64,000 nucleotides of DNA. Source: Deltaproteobacteria bacterium. Lineage in GTDB: Bacteria > Myxococcota > Kuafuiibacteriia > Kuafuiibacteriales > Kuafuiibacteriaceae. This document shows positions 17,166 through 27,200 of this stretch, piece by piece. Position numbers and translations under genes: made by a program. The stretch lies in NCBI GenBank assembly GCA_040218735.1, contig JAVJQW010000050.1:340171-404170 (forward strand), written 5' to 3'. The notes under the pieces were generated by a model that saw only the letters and a list, made by a program, of their open reading frames with translations, had not been told where the DNA came from and ran no database searches. The number at the start of each line of letters is the position of its first letter. Position 1 is the stretch's first letter.

Positions 17166-18434
17166 TTACTTCTTGTCCTTCACGAGGCCCAGGCGCTCCA
17201 GGTAGCGCTCGGCGAGCTGCGTCTGCCGACTGGCGGTCGGCTGGACCTCGCCGCGGATGACGATGGTCTCGGCGTACGACGACGGCTCGAAGGGGTCCCC
17301 CGTCCAGACGACGAGGTTGGCGATCTTGCCGCGGTCGATGGAGCCGTAACTGCGCGAGACGCCGTAGATTTCGGCCGGGCTGAGCGTCGTGGCCCGCAGG
17401 GCGACCTCCCGCACGAGCCCCGCGCGCACCGCGTTACCCGCGTAGAACCGCAGGTTGCCGGCGTTGTGGCTGCTGTTCGTGGCCAGGGCGATCTTCACCC
17501 CGGCGCGGGCCAAAAGCGCGGCGTTGTCGGCCCGGGCGTTCCGACTGGCGAAGGACTGGGGGATGTTGTCGAACGGGTCGAGGATCACCGGGATCCGCGC
17601 CGCGGCGAGGTCGTCGGCGACCCGCCAGGCCTCCTCCCCGCCCACGACCACGACCTTGATCCGCTCTGCCTTCGCGAGCGCGATCAGCGCCGCGATGTCC
17701 GAAGCCCGCGACGCGTGCACGACCAGCGGCACCCGCCCGGCCACGACGTCGCCGAGCGCTTCGAGGTCGAGGCGGCTCGAGGACAGCGGGTAGAGGCCAC
17801 GCCGCAGGAAGGCGGTCTTGCTGCGGCGGTAGTTGCGCGCGTCGTCGAGGGCCTCCCTCAGACGCATCATCGCCGAGGCCCGCGAGCCGCCGTAGGCGCC
17901 CGCGCCGTACTCACCGATCGCCCCGTGCAGCGCACCCGCGTCCACGACGGCGTCGTCGAAGCGGCGCGACGCGGGCGCGACCAGATCCAGGAACGCCGAG
18001 CGTCCGGAGACGATGCCCCCGCGCGGCGCGCTGATCGCGTTCGTCACCCCGTGGCGGCGGGCCACGCCGACGAGCGTGGACCTCAGATCGATCGCGTCCG
18101 ACGCGCGCACCGCCGCACGGATCGCGTCCTTCAGGTTCGGCGCGAAGTCGACGGTCGACGCCTCCAGCCCGACCTCGACCAACCCGATCGAGGAGTTCGA
18201 CTCGATGAGCCCCGGCGTGACCGGTTTGCCCTTCGCGTCGATGACCCGATAACCCTCCGGCACCGCGAGGTCCTTGCCGACCTGCGTGATGCGGTCGTTC
18301 CGGATGATGATCGTCCCCGCCGGGATCATCGCCCCGCTCACGGTGTAGACGTCGCCCCCCACGATCGCGAGGTCGTCGGCGTACGCCGCGCTCGGGATCG
18401 AGAGCGCAAGACAGATTGCGAGCGTCCGGTTCAT
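17166..18434 (-). CDS. Secreted amidohydrolase-family protein, probably non-catalytic partner
   Basis: Signal peptide; IDAKGKPVTPGLIESNSSIG (HxH absent); GSIDRGKIANLVVW; 4-bp overlap with the upstream paralog. Confidence 0.85.
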   Translation of the reverse strand: MNRTLAICLALSIPSAAYADDLAIVGGDVYTVSGAMIPAGTIIIRNDRITQVGKDLAVPEGYRVIDAKGKPVTPGLIESNSSIGLVEVGLEASTVDFAPNLKDAIRAAVRASDAIDLRSTLVGVARRHGVTNAISAPRGGIVSGRSAFLDLVAPASRRFDDAVVDAGALHGAIGEYGAGAYGGSRASAMMRLREALDDARNYRRSKTAFLRRGLYPLSSSRLDLEALGDVVAGRVPLVVHASRASDIAALIALAKAERIKVVVVGGEEAWRVADDLAAARIPVILDPFDNIPQSFASRNARADNAALLARAGVKIALATNSSHNAGNLRFYAGNAVRAGLVREVALRATTLSPAEIYGVSRSYGSIDRGKIANLVVWTGDPFEPSSYAETIVIRGEVQPTASRQTQLAERYLERLGLVKDKK

Positions 18435-19927
18435 GGCCGCACCTCCTCGGAGGCGGTGCCGACTTCGAAGTCACTCCAAGCCTCCGGCTTCTTCGCGCGA
18501 TCGAAGACGCGCTCACCGTCGATGAACACGAGCTCCGCCTGGCTGTAGATGGACAGCGGGTCTTTGTCCCAGACGACGACGTCCGCCATCATCCCGCTCT
18601 TCAGCGTGCCGGTCTTGTCGTCCACGCCGAGCGCCTTCGCGGGGTTGCTGGTGACCCAGCGAATCGCGTCGGCGTCCTCGATCTCGAGCCCCGCGCGGCG
18701 CCCCGAAGCGAGCGCCTTGGAGGCCTCCTGGTTGAGGCGCTGGATCCCGATGTTGCTGTCCGAGTGCACGATCGCGTTGCCGCCCGCGGCGTGCACCATC
18801 GCGATGTTCTCCTCGACGCCGTCGTAGGCTTCGAGCTTGAAGCCCCACCAGTCGGCCCACATCGAGGCGCCCACGCCCTCCTTCGCGAGGACGTCGGCGA
18901 TCTTGTACGCCTCGACCGCGTGGTGGAACGAGCTGACCTTGAAGCCCAGCTCCTTGCCGAGGGCGATCATCTGGATCATCTCGTCCGCGCGGTAGCAGTG
19001 GATGTGGACCTTGATCTTGCCGTCCATCACGTCCGCGAGCGTCTCGTGTCCGAGGTTGCGCGACGGGCGGCGCGGCTCCTTACCGGGCGCGGGCTCGCTG
19101 TCGTCGGCCTGGTAGGCGTCGTACTTCTTCTTCCACTCGGCGTACTCCGCCTCGTACGCGTCCTGGTCGAACTTGTACTCCCGCGCCTGGATGAACGCGT
19201 TGCGCAGCTTGAAGATGCTGCCCATACGCGACATCGGCTGCGACTTCTTCATCTGTCCGTAGACGCGCTTCGGGTTCTCGCCGCACGCCATCTTCAAGCC
19301 GAACGGCGCGCCGTCGAACCGCATCGCGCGCGCTTCGAGCCGCGGCCTCAGCTTCAGGGTCGCCGCGCGCCCGCCGATCACGTTGCCGCTGCCGGGGAGC
19401 ACCTGGATGGTCGTGACCCCGCCGGCGACCGCGTGTTGGATCGCCGGGTCCTGCGGCCAGAACGCGTGCTCGCTGAAGACGTACGGCGTCGTCGGGTCCG
19501 TCATCTCGTTGCCGTCCGCCGTCGCGCCGACGTGCGGCACGGCGTACACCCCCATGTGTGAGTGGGTGTCGATCAGGCCGGGCGTCACGAACTTGCCCGC
19601 CGCGTCGACGACGAGCGCGCCCTTCGGCACCTTCACGCCCTTCCCCACCGCGGTGATCTTTCCGTTGGAGAACACGACGGTGCCGTCCTCGATCTTCTTG
19701 CCGTCGCCCGTGAACACCGTGCCCCCGGTGATCGCGACGACCCCGGCCGGCTTGGGGCGCGCGGGCAGCACCGCCTCGTACGGGCTCCGTGGCGACCGGT
19801 CGCCGAGCTGCGGGAGCACCGTCTTGTCCTGGTCCTTGTCGGGCTGCGCCGTCACCGCCGTCGGTTGGCTCGCACACCCGAACACGAGGAAGCCGGCGAA
19901 CACGCCGGCGATTCGAGCTCGATTCAC
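18431..19927 (-). CDS. Amidohydrolase-family lipoprotein
   Basis: Lipobox VFGC; PGLIDTHSH, KMACGENP, HIHCY, HHAVE, HSDS metal-site motifs. Confidence 0.9.
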   Translation of the reverse strand: MNRARIAGVFAGFLVFGCASQPTAVTAQPDKDQDKTVLPQLGDRSPRSPYEAVLPARPKPAGVVAITGGTVFTGDGKKIEDGTVVFSNGKITAVGKGVKVPKGALVVDAAGKFVTPGLIDTHSHMGVYAVPHVGATADGNEMTDPTTPYVFSEHAFWPQDPAIQHAVAGGVTTIQVLPGSGNVIGGRAATLKLRPRLEARAMRFDGAPFGLKMACGENPKRVYGQMKKSQPMSRMGSIFKLRNAFIQAREYKFDQDAYEAEYAEWKKKYDAYQADDSEPAPGKEPRRPSRNLGHETLADVMDGKIKVHIHCYRADEMIQMIALGKELGFKVSSFHHAVEAYKIADVLAKEGVGASMWADWWGFKLEAYDGVEENIAMVHAAGGNAIVHSDSNIGIQRLNQEASKALASGRRAGLEIEDADAIRWVTSNPAKALGVDDKTGTLKSGMMADVVVWDKDPLSIYSQAELVFIDGERVFDRAKKPEAWSDFEVGTASEEVRP

Positions 19928-19994
19928 GGCCGCGGACCGTAGCAGGTCGCCGATTTTTTTTCGGGGGATTTCGGCGCAACGCCCAAGGCCTTTC

Positions 19995-20002
19995 GCCGAT
20001 AA
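19995..20002 (+). promoter_or_regulatory. Sigma-28-like -10 element
   Basis: Exact GCCGATAA 11 nt before the ATG at 20014; the -35 position 15 bp upstream reads GCAA, a partial match to TAAA. Confidence 0.35.
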
Positions 20003-20013
20003 CGACGGAAGGC

Positions 20014-20238
20014 ATGAATGGCGCGATCAACACCTTCCTGGACCGAGCCCAACAGGTCGGCGGTGACATTCACCAGCGCGCGGTCAACGCGTTCGCGGGC
20101 CCCGGCGCGGTCGACGCCAACATCCAGGGCCTGAAGGACGGCGTCGTGAAGCGCGTGCAGAGCTTCGGCGCCGCGATCGGCATCGACGCCCACCGACAGA
20201 AGTCCATCGAGGACATGATCAAGTCGCTCGGCAAGTGA
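20014..20238 (+). CDS. Small helical hypothetical protein (74 aa)
   Basis: ATG preceded by GGAAGG; strong GC3 codon bias; GTGA overlap with the next gene. Confidence 0.75.
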   Translation: MNGAINTFLDRAQQVGGDIHQRAVNAFAGPGAVDANIQGLKDGVVKRVQSFGAAIGIDAHRQKSIEDMIKSLGK

Positions 20239-20690
20239 GCGGCGCGCCCCACCCCTGGCTGGCGGGGCTCCTCCTCCGCAAAAACGACGACGGCACGCTG
20301 AAGTTCACGACCGAGCAGGTCGAGGACTTCTTCGGCGCGATCTTCCTGATCCGCGGCTTCGCAGCCGGGGAGCTCGAGCCCTCCGTCGAAAACGCCGTGC
20401 TCGCCCTCGCGACGCGCGCCGCGCTCGACCCGAACGACACGCCCGAGGCGCGCGGGCAGAAGCTCAACACCTACTTCGAAGCGCACCCCATCCCGCCCGA
20501 GCTGTCCGTCGACTTCACGCAGCTGCTCCAGGAGGAGATCGTCCAAGACGGCACGGCCGAGGAGGCGCGCGCGTTCCTGGAGCTCATCGACGCAGCGCCC
20601 ACGAAGTTCGAAAATCGCGAGCGCAAGGCCGGCACACACCCGGGCGGCGCGCTCGGCTTCTTCATGGCGAAGAAGGACCTGAAGAAGTAG
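20235..20690 (+). CDS. Hypothetical protein (151 aa)
   Basis: Typical codon bias, coupled to the upstream gene, no recognised motif. Confidence 0.75.
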   Translation: MSGAPHPWLAGLLLRKNDDGTLKFTTEQVEDFFGAIFLIRGFAAGELEPSVENAVLALATRAALDPNDTPEARGQKLNTYFEAHPIPPELSVDFTQLLQEEIVQDGTAEEARAFLELIDAAPTKFENRERKAGTHPGGALGFFMAKKDLKK

Positions 20691-20693
20691 CGC

Positions 20694-22058
20694 TCACTTC
20701 ATCGCGGCCATGACGGCCTCGGCGTTCAGCTCGATCTTGGTCTTCTTGCCCTTGTCCGCGAGGATCTTCTTCGCGATCACCTCGGACGCCGGCCGCAGCA
20801 CCGAGAAGTGATCGGTCTTCGGCACGAGGAACGGGAACACGTTGTCCGGCGCGTACTGGAGCAGCTCCAGCACCGCGCGCCGGTTGCCGTTGGCGCCTTC
20901 GATGATCCACGTCGGCGACTTCACGTGCTCGATGAACTCGATCGGCGCGCGCACGTACGCCTCCTTCGCGGGCATCGCCTTCTTCTGCCCGCAGATGGGG
21001 CCATAGTCCGCCGCGTTGGCGATCGGCCCGAACGCGAACACCCCGCGGAACATGTCGGACTTCGCCGCGGTGAGGAGCGCGAGCGTCCCGCCGGTGCTGT
21101 GGCCGCCGAGGTAGATGCGGTTCGGGTCGACGTCGGAGCGCTTCGCGAGCCACTTCGCCGCGGCGATGATGTCGTCGACCTCCCCGAGCATGCACTCGCT
21201 CTTGCCCGGGTTGTCGTGCGCGCCGCGCAGCGCCGGACGCATCAGCGTCACGCCCGCCTCGCGGAACGCCGCCGCGCTCTGATCGTTGTCGCGCGTCGAA
21301 GGCAGCCACGCGTCCGGCCCGATGCCCCAGTAGAAGCCGCCCGCGATCCACACGATCGCCGGTCCCTTCTTCGCCTTCTTCGGCGTCACGTACGCGACGT
21401 TCTTCCCGAGCGGCGCGGGGTACCGCACCATCTCGAGCACCCCGCGCGGAGGGGTCGCCGCGCTCTTCCCATCCGTGGGCCCGAACACCTTGGTGCGGAA
21501 GCCCTTGCGCGCCTTCGCCATCGTCGGCGCCTTGCCCGGTGGCGTCTTGCGCAACTTGCCTTGCAGCCCGTCGATCTCCACCTGCAGGCGATCGACCGCG
21601 ATCATGTTCGCCTCGGTGTCCGGATCGACCTTCAGCATCGTCTCGTAGACGAGGCCCTGCAGCGCGTCGTACGCGGCCGCGAGGCCGGAGTGTTTCTCCA
21701 TGGCCTTCGCTTCGAACTCCGCGAGCTCTTCCGTGAGCGGACGAAGCTCCTTCGCGATGAGCTTCATCGTCTGCACGTCCTGCTTCTTCATCGCCCGCCG
21801 CATCCGGTCCTTCAGCTTGGTCGACCGCGCGAGCTTCTTGTCCAGCTCCGGGTGCGCCTCGAGGATGGCGGTGTTCACGAGCTTGCCGAACCGCTCGCTC
21901 GCGTCGAGCACGACGTCGTCGCGCATCGCCCGCGCCTGCGTCTGCATGATCTGCTGCTGGAGGGCCTGGATCTTCGTCTGTCGCAGCTCGATCTCGGACA
22001 GGCCGTAGGCGACGGCCGGCGCGAGGACGAGGAGCGTGACGAGCACGGGACGCTTCAC
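20694..22058 (-). CDS. Secreted alpha/beta hydrolase (peptidase S9-like) with N-terminal coiled coil
   Basis: Signal peptide; VDPNRIYLGGHSTGG nucleophile elbow; C-terminal DHF. Confidence 0.85.
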   Translation of the reverse strand: MKRPVLVTLLVLAPAVAYGLSEIELRQTKIQALQQQIMQTQARAMRDDVVLDASERFGKLVNTAILEAHPELDKKLARSTKLKDRMRRAMKKQDVQTMKLIAKELRPLTEELAEFEAKAMEKHSGLAAAYDALQGLVYETMLKVDPDTEANMIAVDRLQVEIDGLQGKLRKTPPGKAPTMAKARKGFRTKVFGPTDGKSAATPPRGVLEMVRYPAPLGKNVAYVTPKKAKKGPAIVWIAGGFYWGIGPDAWLPSTRDNDQSAAAFREAGVTLMRPALRGAHDNPGKSECMLGEVDDIIAAAKWLAKRSDVDPNRIYLGGHSTGGTLALLTAAKSDMFRGVFAFGPIANAADYGPICGQKKAMPAKEAYVRAPIEFIEHVKSPTWIIEGANGNRRAVLELLQYAPDNVFPFLVPKTDHFSVLRPASEVIAKKILADKGKKTKIELNAEAVMAAMK

Positions 22059-22100
22059 GGGCGCGGAGTGAACCGCCGTTGGGACGACCCCGGCAAGGGA

Positions 22101-23348
22101 TTATGCGCGGCGGATCAGACCATCCAGCCGGTCGAGGCCCCGCACGAGCTGTTCCTCCGCAGGACCGAAAGACAGACGCACGTACGGATTCAGTCGCGAC
22201 GGGATGTGTCCGCGTCGCTGGCCCGGGTCCACGTCGAAGAACTTGCCGGGCACCACGATCACCTTCTCGTCGAGCGCGGCGCGGAAGAACGCCATCCCGT
22301 CGCGCAGCGGCTCGGGGAGATCGGCGAGCCCGGCGAAGACGTAGAACGCCCCCATCGGCTGCACGTCGACCGAGAGCCCCATGTCGCGGAGGCGGTCGAG
22401 CATCATCCGACGCTTCGCGCCGAACCGCGCCTGAATCGCGCGCGCCTCGCGGTCGGCGACGTCGCGATCGATCAACGACAGCGCCGCGCGCTGAATCGGG
22501 TGCGAAGGCCCGCCGTCGAGGAACGAACCGGCGGACGTGACCCCCGCGATGACCTCCTTCGGCCCGACCGTCCACGACAGTCGCCACCCCGGGTAGCGCC
22601 AGTTCTTCGTGACGCCGTCGACGATCACCACCGGGTCGCGATCGACGTCTTCCACGTAACGCGCGGCGGAGAGCGAAGGCCCATCGGCGCGCTCCGCCTC
22701 GTCGTAAAGGTAGTGCGCGTAGAACTCGTCGATCACCAACGTACACGCGAGCTCTCGACACGCGTCGACCCACGCGCGCAGCGCACCGCCGCGCAGCGCG
22801 TGGCCCGTCGGGTTGCTCGGGTTGGAGAGCAGCAGCGCGCCGAGCCCCTTGCCGGTGATCTCGCGCTTCAACGCGTCCGGCCCGAGCGCGAAGCCGTCCG
22901 CCGAGTCCAACACGATCGGGATCGGCACGAACGCCCGGAAGATCTCGAGCAGCTCTTCGTACGCCGTGTAGTCCGGGAGGAAGTGCCCGAGGTGAACCGG
23001 CCCGAGCGCCGCCGCGAGCCGCGTCAACGCGAGCCGCCCGCCGCCGCAGATCGCGACGTTCTCCGCCGAGTACTGCGAAGGCAGCCCCTGGCGGTAACGC
23101 GCGTTGTACAGCTGCGCCACGGCGTCGCGCAGCTCGACCATCCCGCCGACCGGCGCGTACTCGTGCGTCGCGTCGTCGAGGTCGACCGAGGTCACGCGCG
23201 GCGGCGCACCTTCGAGGGTCCCGGTCTCCGGTGCGCCCTGTCCGAGGTTGGCCCAGTCGGGGTCGCCGTACGAGAAGCCGCGCTGCTGCGCCTCCGTCAT
23301 CACGTAGATCACGCCGGTGCGCGGGACGGGACGAAACGGCGACGTCAT
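22101..23348 (-). CDS. PLP-dependent aminotransferase class I/II
   Basis: NLGQGAPE, SNPSNPTG, IDEFY, GVTKNWRYPGWR, GAFYVF, VRLSF. Start set at MTSPFRP because the upstream ORF extension overlaps the transporter. Confidence 0.92.
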   Translation of the reverse strand: MTSPFRPVPRTGVIYVMTEAQQRGFSYGDPDWANLGQGAPETGTLEGAPPRVTSVDLDDATHEYAPVGGMVELRDAVAQLYNARYRQGLPSQYSAENVAICGGGRLALTRLAAALGPVHLGHFLPDYTAYEELLEIFRAFVPIPIVLDSADGFALGPDALKREITGKGLGALLLSNPSNPTGHALRGGALRAWVDACRELACTLVIDEFYAHYLYDEAERADGPSLSAARYVEDVDRDPVVIVDGVTKNWRYPGWRLSWTVGPKEVIAGVTSAGSFLDGGPSHPIQRAALSLIDRDVADREARAIQARFGAKRRMMLDRLRDMGLSVDVQPMGAFYVFAGLADLPEPLRDGMAFFRAALDEKVIVVPGKFFDVDPGQRRGHIPSRLNPYVRLSFGPAEEQLVRGLDRLDGLIRRA

Positions 23349-23383
23349 GGCTCCTGCTACCGCTCGCCCAAGAGGCGCGCAAG

Positions 23384-25618
23384 TCACTCCAGGTCTTCGA
23401 GGCGCGTGAGGATCGACGGGCGCGACTTCATCAGCTCGTCGACGATCGACTCGCGCGAGCGCCCCGCGGTGGGCGACCACTGCGCCTCGTCGTCGAGGAA
23501 CGGCCACAGGTCCGCGCGGAGATCCTCGGGCAACACGCTGTCGAGGTACTCGAGCGCCGTGCCGCGGATCTCCTGGTCGGCGTCGGTCAGCCCGGCGAAC
23601 GCCACCTCCAGCGGCTCGCGGGGGAGCACGAGCGACAGCAGCCGGAAGACGTGCTCCATGCTCCGGTTCGCGCGGTCCTCGAGGATGCGGTCGGTGAGAT
23701 CCGCCTCCCCCTCCGGGCGCTCGTCGATCACCCGCTGGCTCGCCCAGACCTCCTTGCCGAGCGACGCCTCGTGCCGCACCGCCGCGATCACCCGCGCCGG
23801 CTCCACGGCCATCCCCGCCTTGGACAGCCGGCTCAGCGCACGGCCGACCTGGTAGCGCACTTCGAAGCGCGGATCCGCGAGGGCGTCGAGGAGGCAGCGC
23901 GCCGCGCGCGGATCCTTGGCGGCGGCGAGCACCCGCGGGAGCCGGCGACGAATCGTGAAGTCGGTCTCGGGATCGAGAAGCGCCTTCGCGTGCACGTCGA
24001 GGTCGCGGTCGACGGTGCGGCAGAGCGCCTTCAGCGCCTGCGGCAACACGTCGTCCCACGCCAGCAGCTCCGTCACGCGTTCGATCAACGGCTCCTCGAG
24101 CGTGCTCGACTTCAGGGCCGCCTTGACCTGCTGCGCGTCCCGCGAGCTGAACATCTCGGCGCGCGCCTGCACCGGGTCGATCGTCACGACGTCCGGCGCG
24201 AGCGTGCGCGCGAGGGTGCCGAGGCGCGACGCGCCGATGTCCATCGACAGCGACAGCCCGGCCAGGAGCTGCTCCGGCTCGCGCGGATAGAAGGTGCCCT
24301 GCTCGCGGTCGAAGATCAGGTGCTCCGTCCGCTGCATCACGCGCGCGAGCGCCTGCGTGCGCGGGCCGGCGGCGGCCTGGGCGACGTTCGGCCCCAGCGC
24401 GACGAGGCTGCGTTCGAGCGCATCGACGTAGCCGCGCTGCAGGCGAATCGCGACGACGAGCGCGACGGCCGCCATCACCGCCACCACGATCAACAACACG
24501 TGCTCCGCGCGCGTCGCGACGAGCGCCAGCACCACCGAGATTACGGCGCCACCCACGGCGTCGCCGAGGCGATCACACAACACGTCGATGATCGACTTCG
24601 TCGCGCGCTTCACGGCCGGGGGGATCGGTGTGTAGAGCAGCTCGTACGCGGAGCGGTAGAGCGACGTGCGCGTCACGCGGTCCGCCGCGCGCGCGACGGC
24701 GGCGCCGACCAGGCTCGGGAACACCATCGCGACCGCGGTCCCGGCGATGACGAACGCCGGGAGCATCGCGGCCGTCTTCCCGAGCCCGAGTTTGTCGAGG
24801 GCCTTCGCGCTCGCGGTGCTCTGCACCACGAACGACACGAACCCGAGCCCCGCGTAGTACGCCGCGAAGAACCGCATCAGGTCCTCGCCGCTCGCGTACG
24901 CTTCGGAGGCGCGCGACTTCAGCACGTAGTCGAGGAGCGTCGCGGAGACCGTCACGAGCAGGACGAGCAGCGCGATCTGCTTGAGGTAATTCGACGCCAT
25001 CAACACCGCGAGCCCCGAGGGCGCCGCCTCCTCGGACTTCGCGGGCGGCGGGCGGCGGTCGCCCTCCACGCCCCGCACGAGGTAGGCGCAGAGCAGGTGC
25101 AGCGCCGCGAGGACGAAGAACATCGTCTCCAGGTCCGCAAACGCGCCGACGCGCTCCGCGCACAGGCCGCCCGCGACCGCGCCGAGCGTGCCGCCGGAGG
25201 CGATGCGCCCGATCAGCTTCTTCGCGCTCCGCGGATCGAAGCGCTCGTTGACGAGCGACCAGAAACCCGACGTCAACACGGAGCCGAACGCGATGGTGTG
25301 GAGATAGAAGACGACCGACGCGATGTGCGGCGCGCGGCGCGCGATCGCCCACTCCCCGATGAGCGCCGCCGCCGACAGCACGAACGCCGCGGGCACGAAC
25401 CGCGCGGGCGACAGCTTCACCAACAGACGCGACGTCGCGAACACGACGATCACCGAGAACACCGCGGCGACCACCACCATCCGCGGGAGGTCCGTCACGT
25501 CGAAGCTCGACAAAAACAGCGCGTCGCGCGTCGCGTTCGCCGCGACCTGGTGGGCGAGGAGTGACCCCGCGCAGAGCGTCGCCGCGAACGCCGCGGCCCG
25601 GTGATCACGCGCGACCAC
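23384..25618 (-). CDS. Npt/TLC-like (MFS-fold) nucleotide transporter domain fused to HEAT repeats
   Basis: TRDALFLS, FWSLVNERFDPRSAKKL, LLDY, YELLYTPIP, KSIIDVLCDRLGD; C-terminal HEAT-like DPRFEVR and DQEIRGTALEYL. Confidence 0.85.
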   Translation of the reverse strand: MVARDHRAAAFAATLCAGSLLAHQVAANATRDALFLSSFDVTDLPRMVVVAAVFSVIVVFATSRLLVKLSPARFVPAAFVLSAAALIGEWAIARRAPHIASVVFYLHTIAFGSVLTSGFWSLVNERFDPRSAKKLIGRIASGGTLGAVAGGLCAERVGAFADLETMFFVLAALHLLCAYLVRGVEGDRRPPPAKSEEAAPSGLAVLMASNYLKQIALLVLLVTVSATLLDYVLKSRASEAYASGEDLMRFFAAYYAGLGFVSFVVQSTASAKALDKLGLGKTAAMLPAFVIAGTAVAMVFPSLVGAAVARAADRVTRTSLYRSAYELLYTPIPPAVKRATKSIIDVLCDRLGDAVGGAVISVVLALVATRAEHVLLIVVAVMAAVALVVAIRLQRGYVDALERSLVALGPNVAQAAAGPRTQALARVMQRTEHLIFDREQGTFYPREPEQLLAGLSLSMDIGASRLGTLARTLAPDVVTIDPVQARAEMFSSRDAQQVKAALKSSTLEEPLIERVTELLAWDDVLPQALKALCRTVDRDLDVHAKALLDPETDFTIRRRLPRVLAAAKDPRAARCLLDALADPRFEVRYQVGRALSRLSKAGMAVEPARVIAAVRHEASLGKEVWASQRVIDERPEGEADLTDRILEDRANRSMEHVFRLLSLVLPREPLEVAFAGLTDADQEIRGTALEYLDSVLPEDLRADLWPFLDDEAQWSPTAGRSRESIVDELMKSRPSILTRLEDLE

Positions 25619-27151
25619 TCAGCCCTCCCCCAGGTCGAGATCCGGCGCGTGCAGGTGCCACCACGCGGCGGCCTTCGCCGACGTCCACGCCGGCTCGATC
25701 GTCAGCGCCGCGAGCGAAGCCTCCAGCGCACCCGCCGTCTGCGGGCGCCGGTCGGGGTGTTTCTCGAGGCAGTCGAGGACGAGCTGTTCGAGGTCCTCGG
25801 GGATCGGCATCTCCGTGCGCTGCGACGGCGGCACCGGCTGCGTCTGGACGTGGTCCGCGAGCACGCGCATCGGCGACTTCGACTCGAAGACCGTGCGCCC
25901 GGTGAGCATCCAGTACGCGACGCACCCCAGGCCGTAGATGTCGGCGCGTGCGTCGAGCTCGGCGCCGCTCGCGGTCTCCGGCGCCATGTACGCGGGCGTG
26001 CCGCTGGTCAGGCCTTCGTTCGTGAGGCGCGTCAGCTGCTCCTGCGCGCTCTCGCTGGAGATTACGAGGCCGAAGTCGAGGACCTTCGCGAAGTCACCGT
26101 GCAGCGCGTCCCGGCAGACGAAGATGTTCGCGGGTTTGATGTCGCGGTGGACGAGCCCGGCTTCGTGCGCCTCGGCGAGCGCGGAGCAGACCTGCCGCAA
26201 GATGATCACCGCGCGCGCCGCGGGGAGCGGACCGTCGCGGCGCACCATGCGCTCGAGGTCGAGCCCCTCGAGCAGCTCCATCACGTAGTAGAACGCACCC
26301 GAGCGCGCGTAGCCGAAGTCGAACAGCGACACGGTGTGCGGCGAGGACAGCTTGGAGATCGACTTCGCCTCGCGCTCGAAGCGGCGGAAGACGACGTACG
26401 GGTCCTCGCCGATCTGTTTGCTCACCACCTCCGGGTTCACGAACTTCACGGCCGCGGGTCGCCCCATCATCGCGTGGTTGCCGAGCCAGACCTCGCCCAT
26501 TCCGCCCTTCCCGAGGCGGCGCACGAGGCGATAACTCCCCATGGTGCGGCCTTCGTCGACGTCCTTGTTCGCGCGATCGAGGATCCGCGCGAGGGCGTAC
26601 GCGACGCCGGCGCAGAGGAACACGGGGAGGATCAGCGCGCTGATCGTCTCCGGCCGCGGCACCGGGTTGCCCTTGAGGATCGTCAGGTACAGCGCGAGCG
26701 GCGCCATCACCGCGGAGAGCATCGACGCGACGAGCGTGCGCATCGGGGAGCTCGCGATCGTCATGGGGAACGTCACGAGCACCACGCAGATCCACGAGAC
26801 CCCGCGCACCGTCGCGTCCTCGGGCCACGGGTACCAGTGCTCGGCGATCGCGATCGACAGCGAGGCGAGCACCTGAAACGCCATCGCCAAGGTCGCGAGG
26901 CGGCGCGGTTGATCCCGGAGCGAGCGTGTCGCGATCAGGATGCCGATCGCGCCGAGCACCGCGACGCCGAAGCTCATGTCGAGGATCGGGAAGGTCCCCT
27001 CGGGCACGTCGGGCGCGGCGAGCCACGACAGGAAGAACGCCACGACGAAGACCAGGCTCACGATGGCGAGGCGATCCGCCGACTCCGTGAGGAGATCGAA
27101 CGGACGAGGCGGCGCCGAAGCGTTCGCCGCCAGCTCGCGGTGGTCGGTCAA
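25619..27151 (-). CDS. Membrane Ser/Thr protein kinase
   Basis: Several N-terminal TM segments; LGKGGMGEV, AAVK, HRDIKPAN, DFG, GTPAYMAPE, DIYGLG all intact. Confidence 0.95.
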   Translation of the reverse strand: MTDHRELAANASAPPRPFDLLTESADRLAIVSLVFVVAFFLSWLAAPDVPEGTFPILDMSFGVAVLGAIGILIATRSLRDQPRRLATLAMAFQVLASLSIAIAEHWYPWPEDATVRGVSWICVVLVTFPMTIASSPMRTLVASMLSAVMAPLALYLTILKGNPVPRPETISALILPVFLCAGVAYALARILDRANKDVDEGRTMGSYRLVRRLGKGGMGEVWLGNHAMMGRPAAVKFVNPEVVSKQIGEDPYVVFRRFEREAKSISKLSSPHTVSLFDFGYARSGAFYYVMELLEGLDLERMVRRDGPLPAARAVIILRQVCSALAEAHEAGLVHRDIKPANIFVCRDALHGDFAKVLDFGLVISSESAQEQLTRLTNEGLTSGTPAYMAPETASGAELDARADIYGLGCVAYWMLTGRTVFESKSPMRVLADHVQTQPVPPSQRTEMPIPEDLEQLVLDCLEKHPDRRPQTAGALEASLAALTIEPAWTSAKAAAWWHLHAPDLDLGEG

Positions 27152-27200
27152 CAGCCGCGGACTGTATCAGGGCTTACGTTTTCGTGTTCGACTCTCGAAC

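Noticed and set aside
23349-24059. N-terminal extension of the aminotransferase ORF (likewise 30632-31303, 33517-33987, 26940-27200 and 19789-20013)
   Set aside because: They overlap neighbouring genes in other frames and have shadow-like composition; internal starts fit better.
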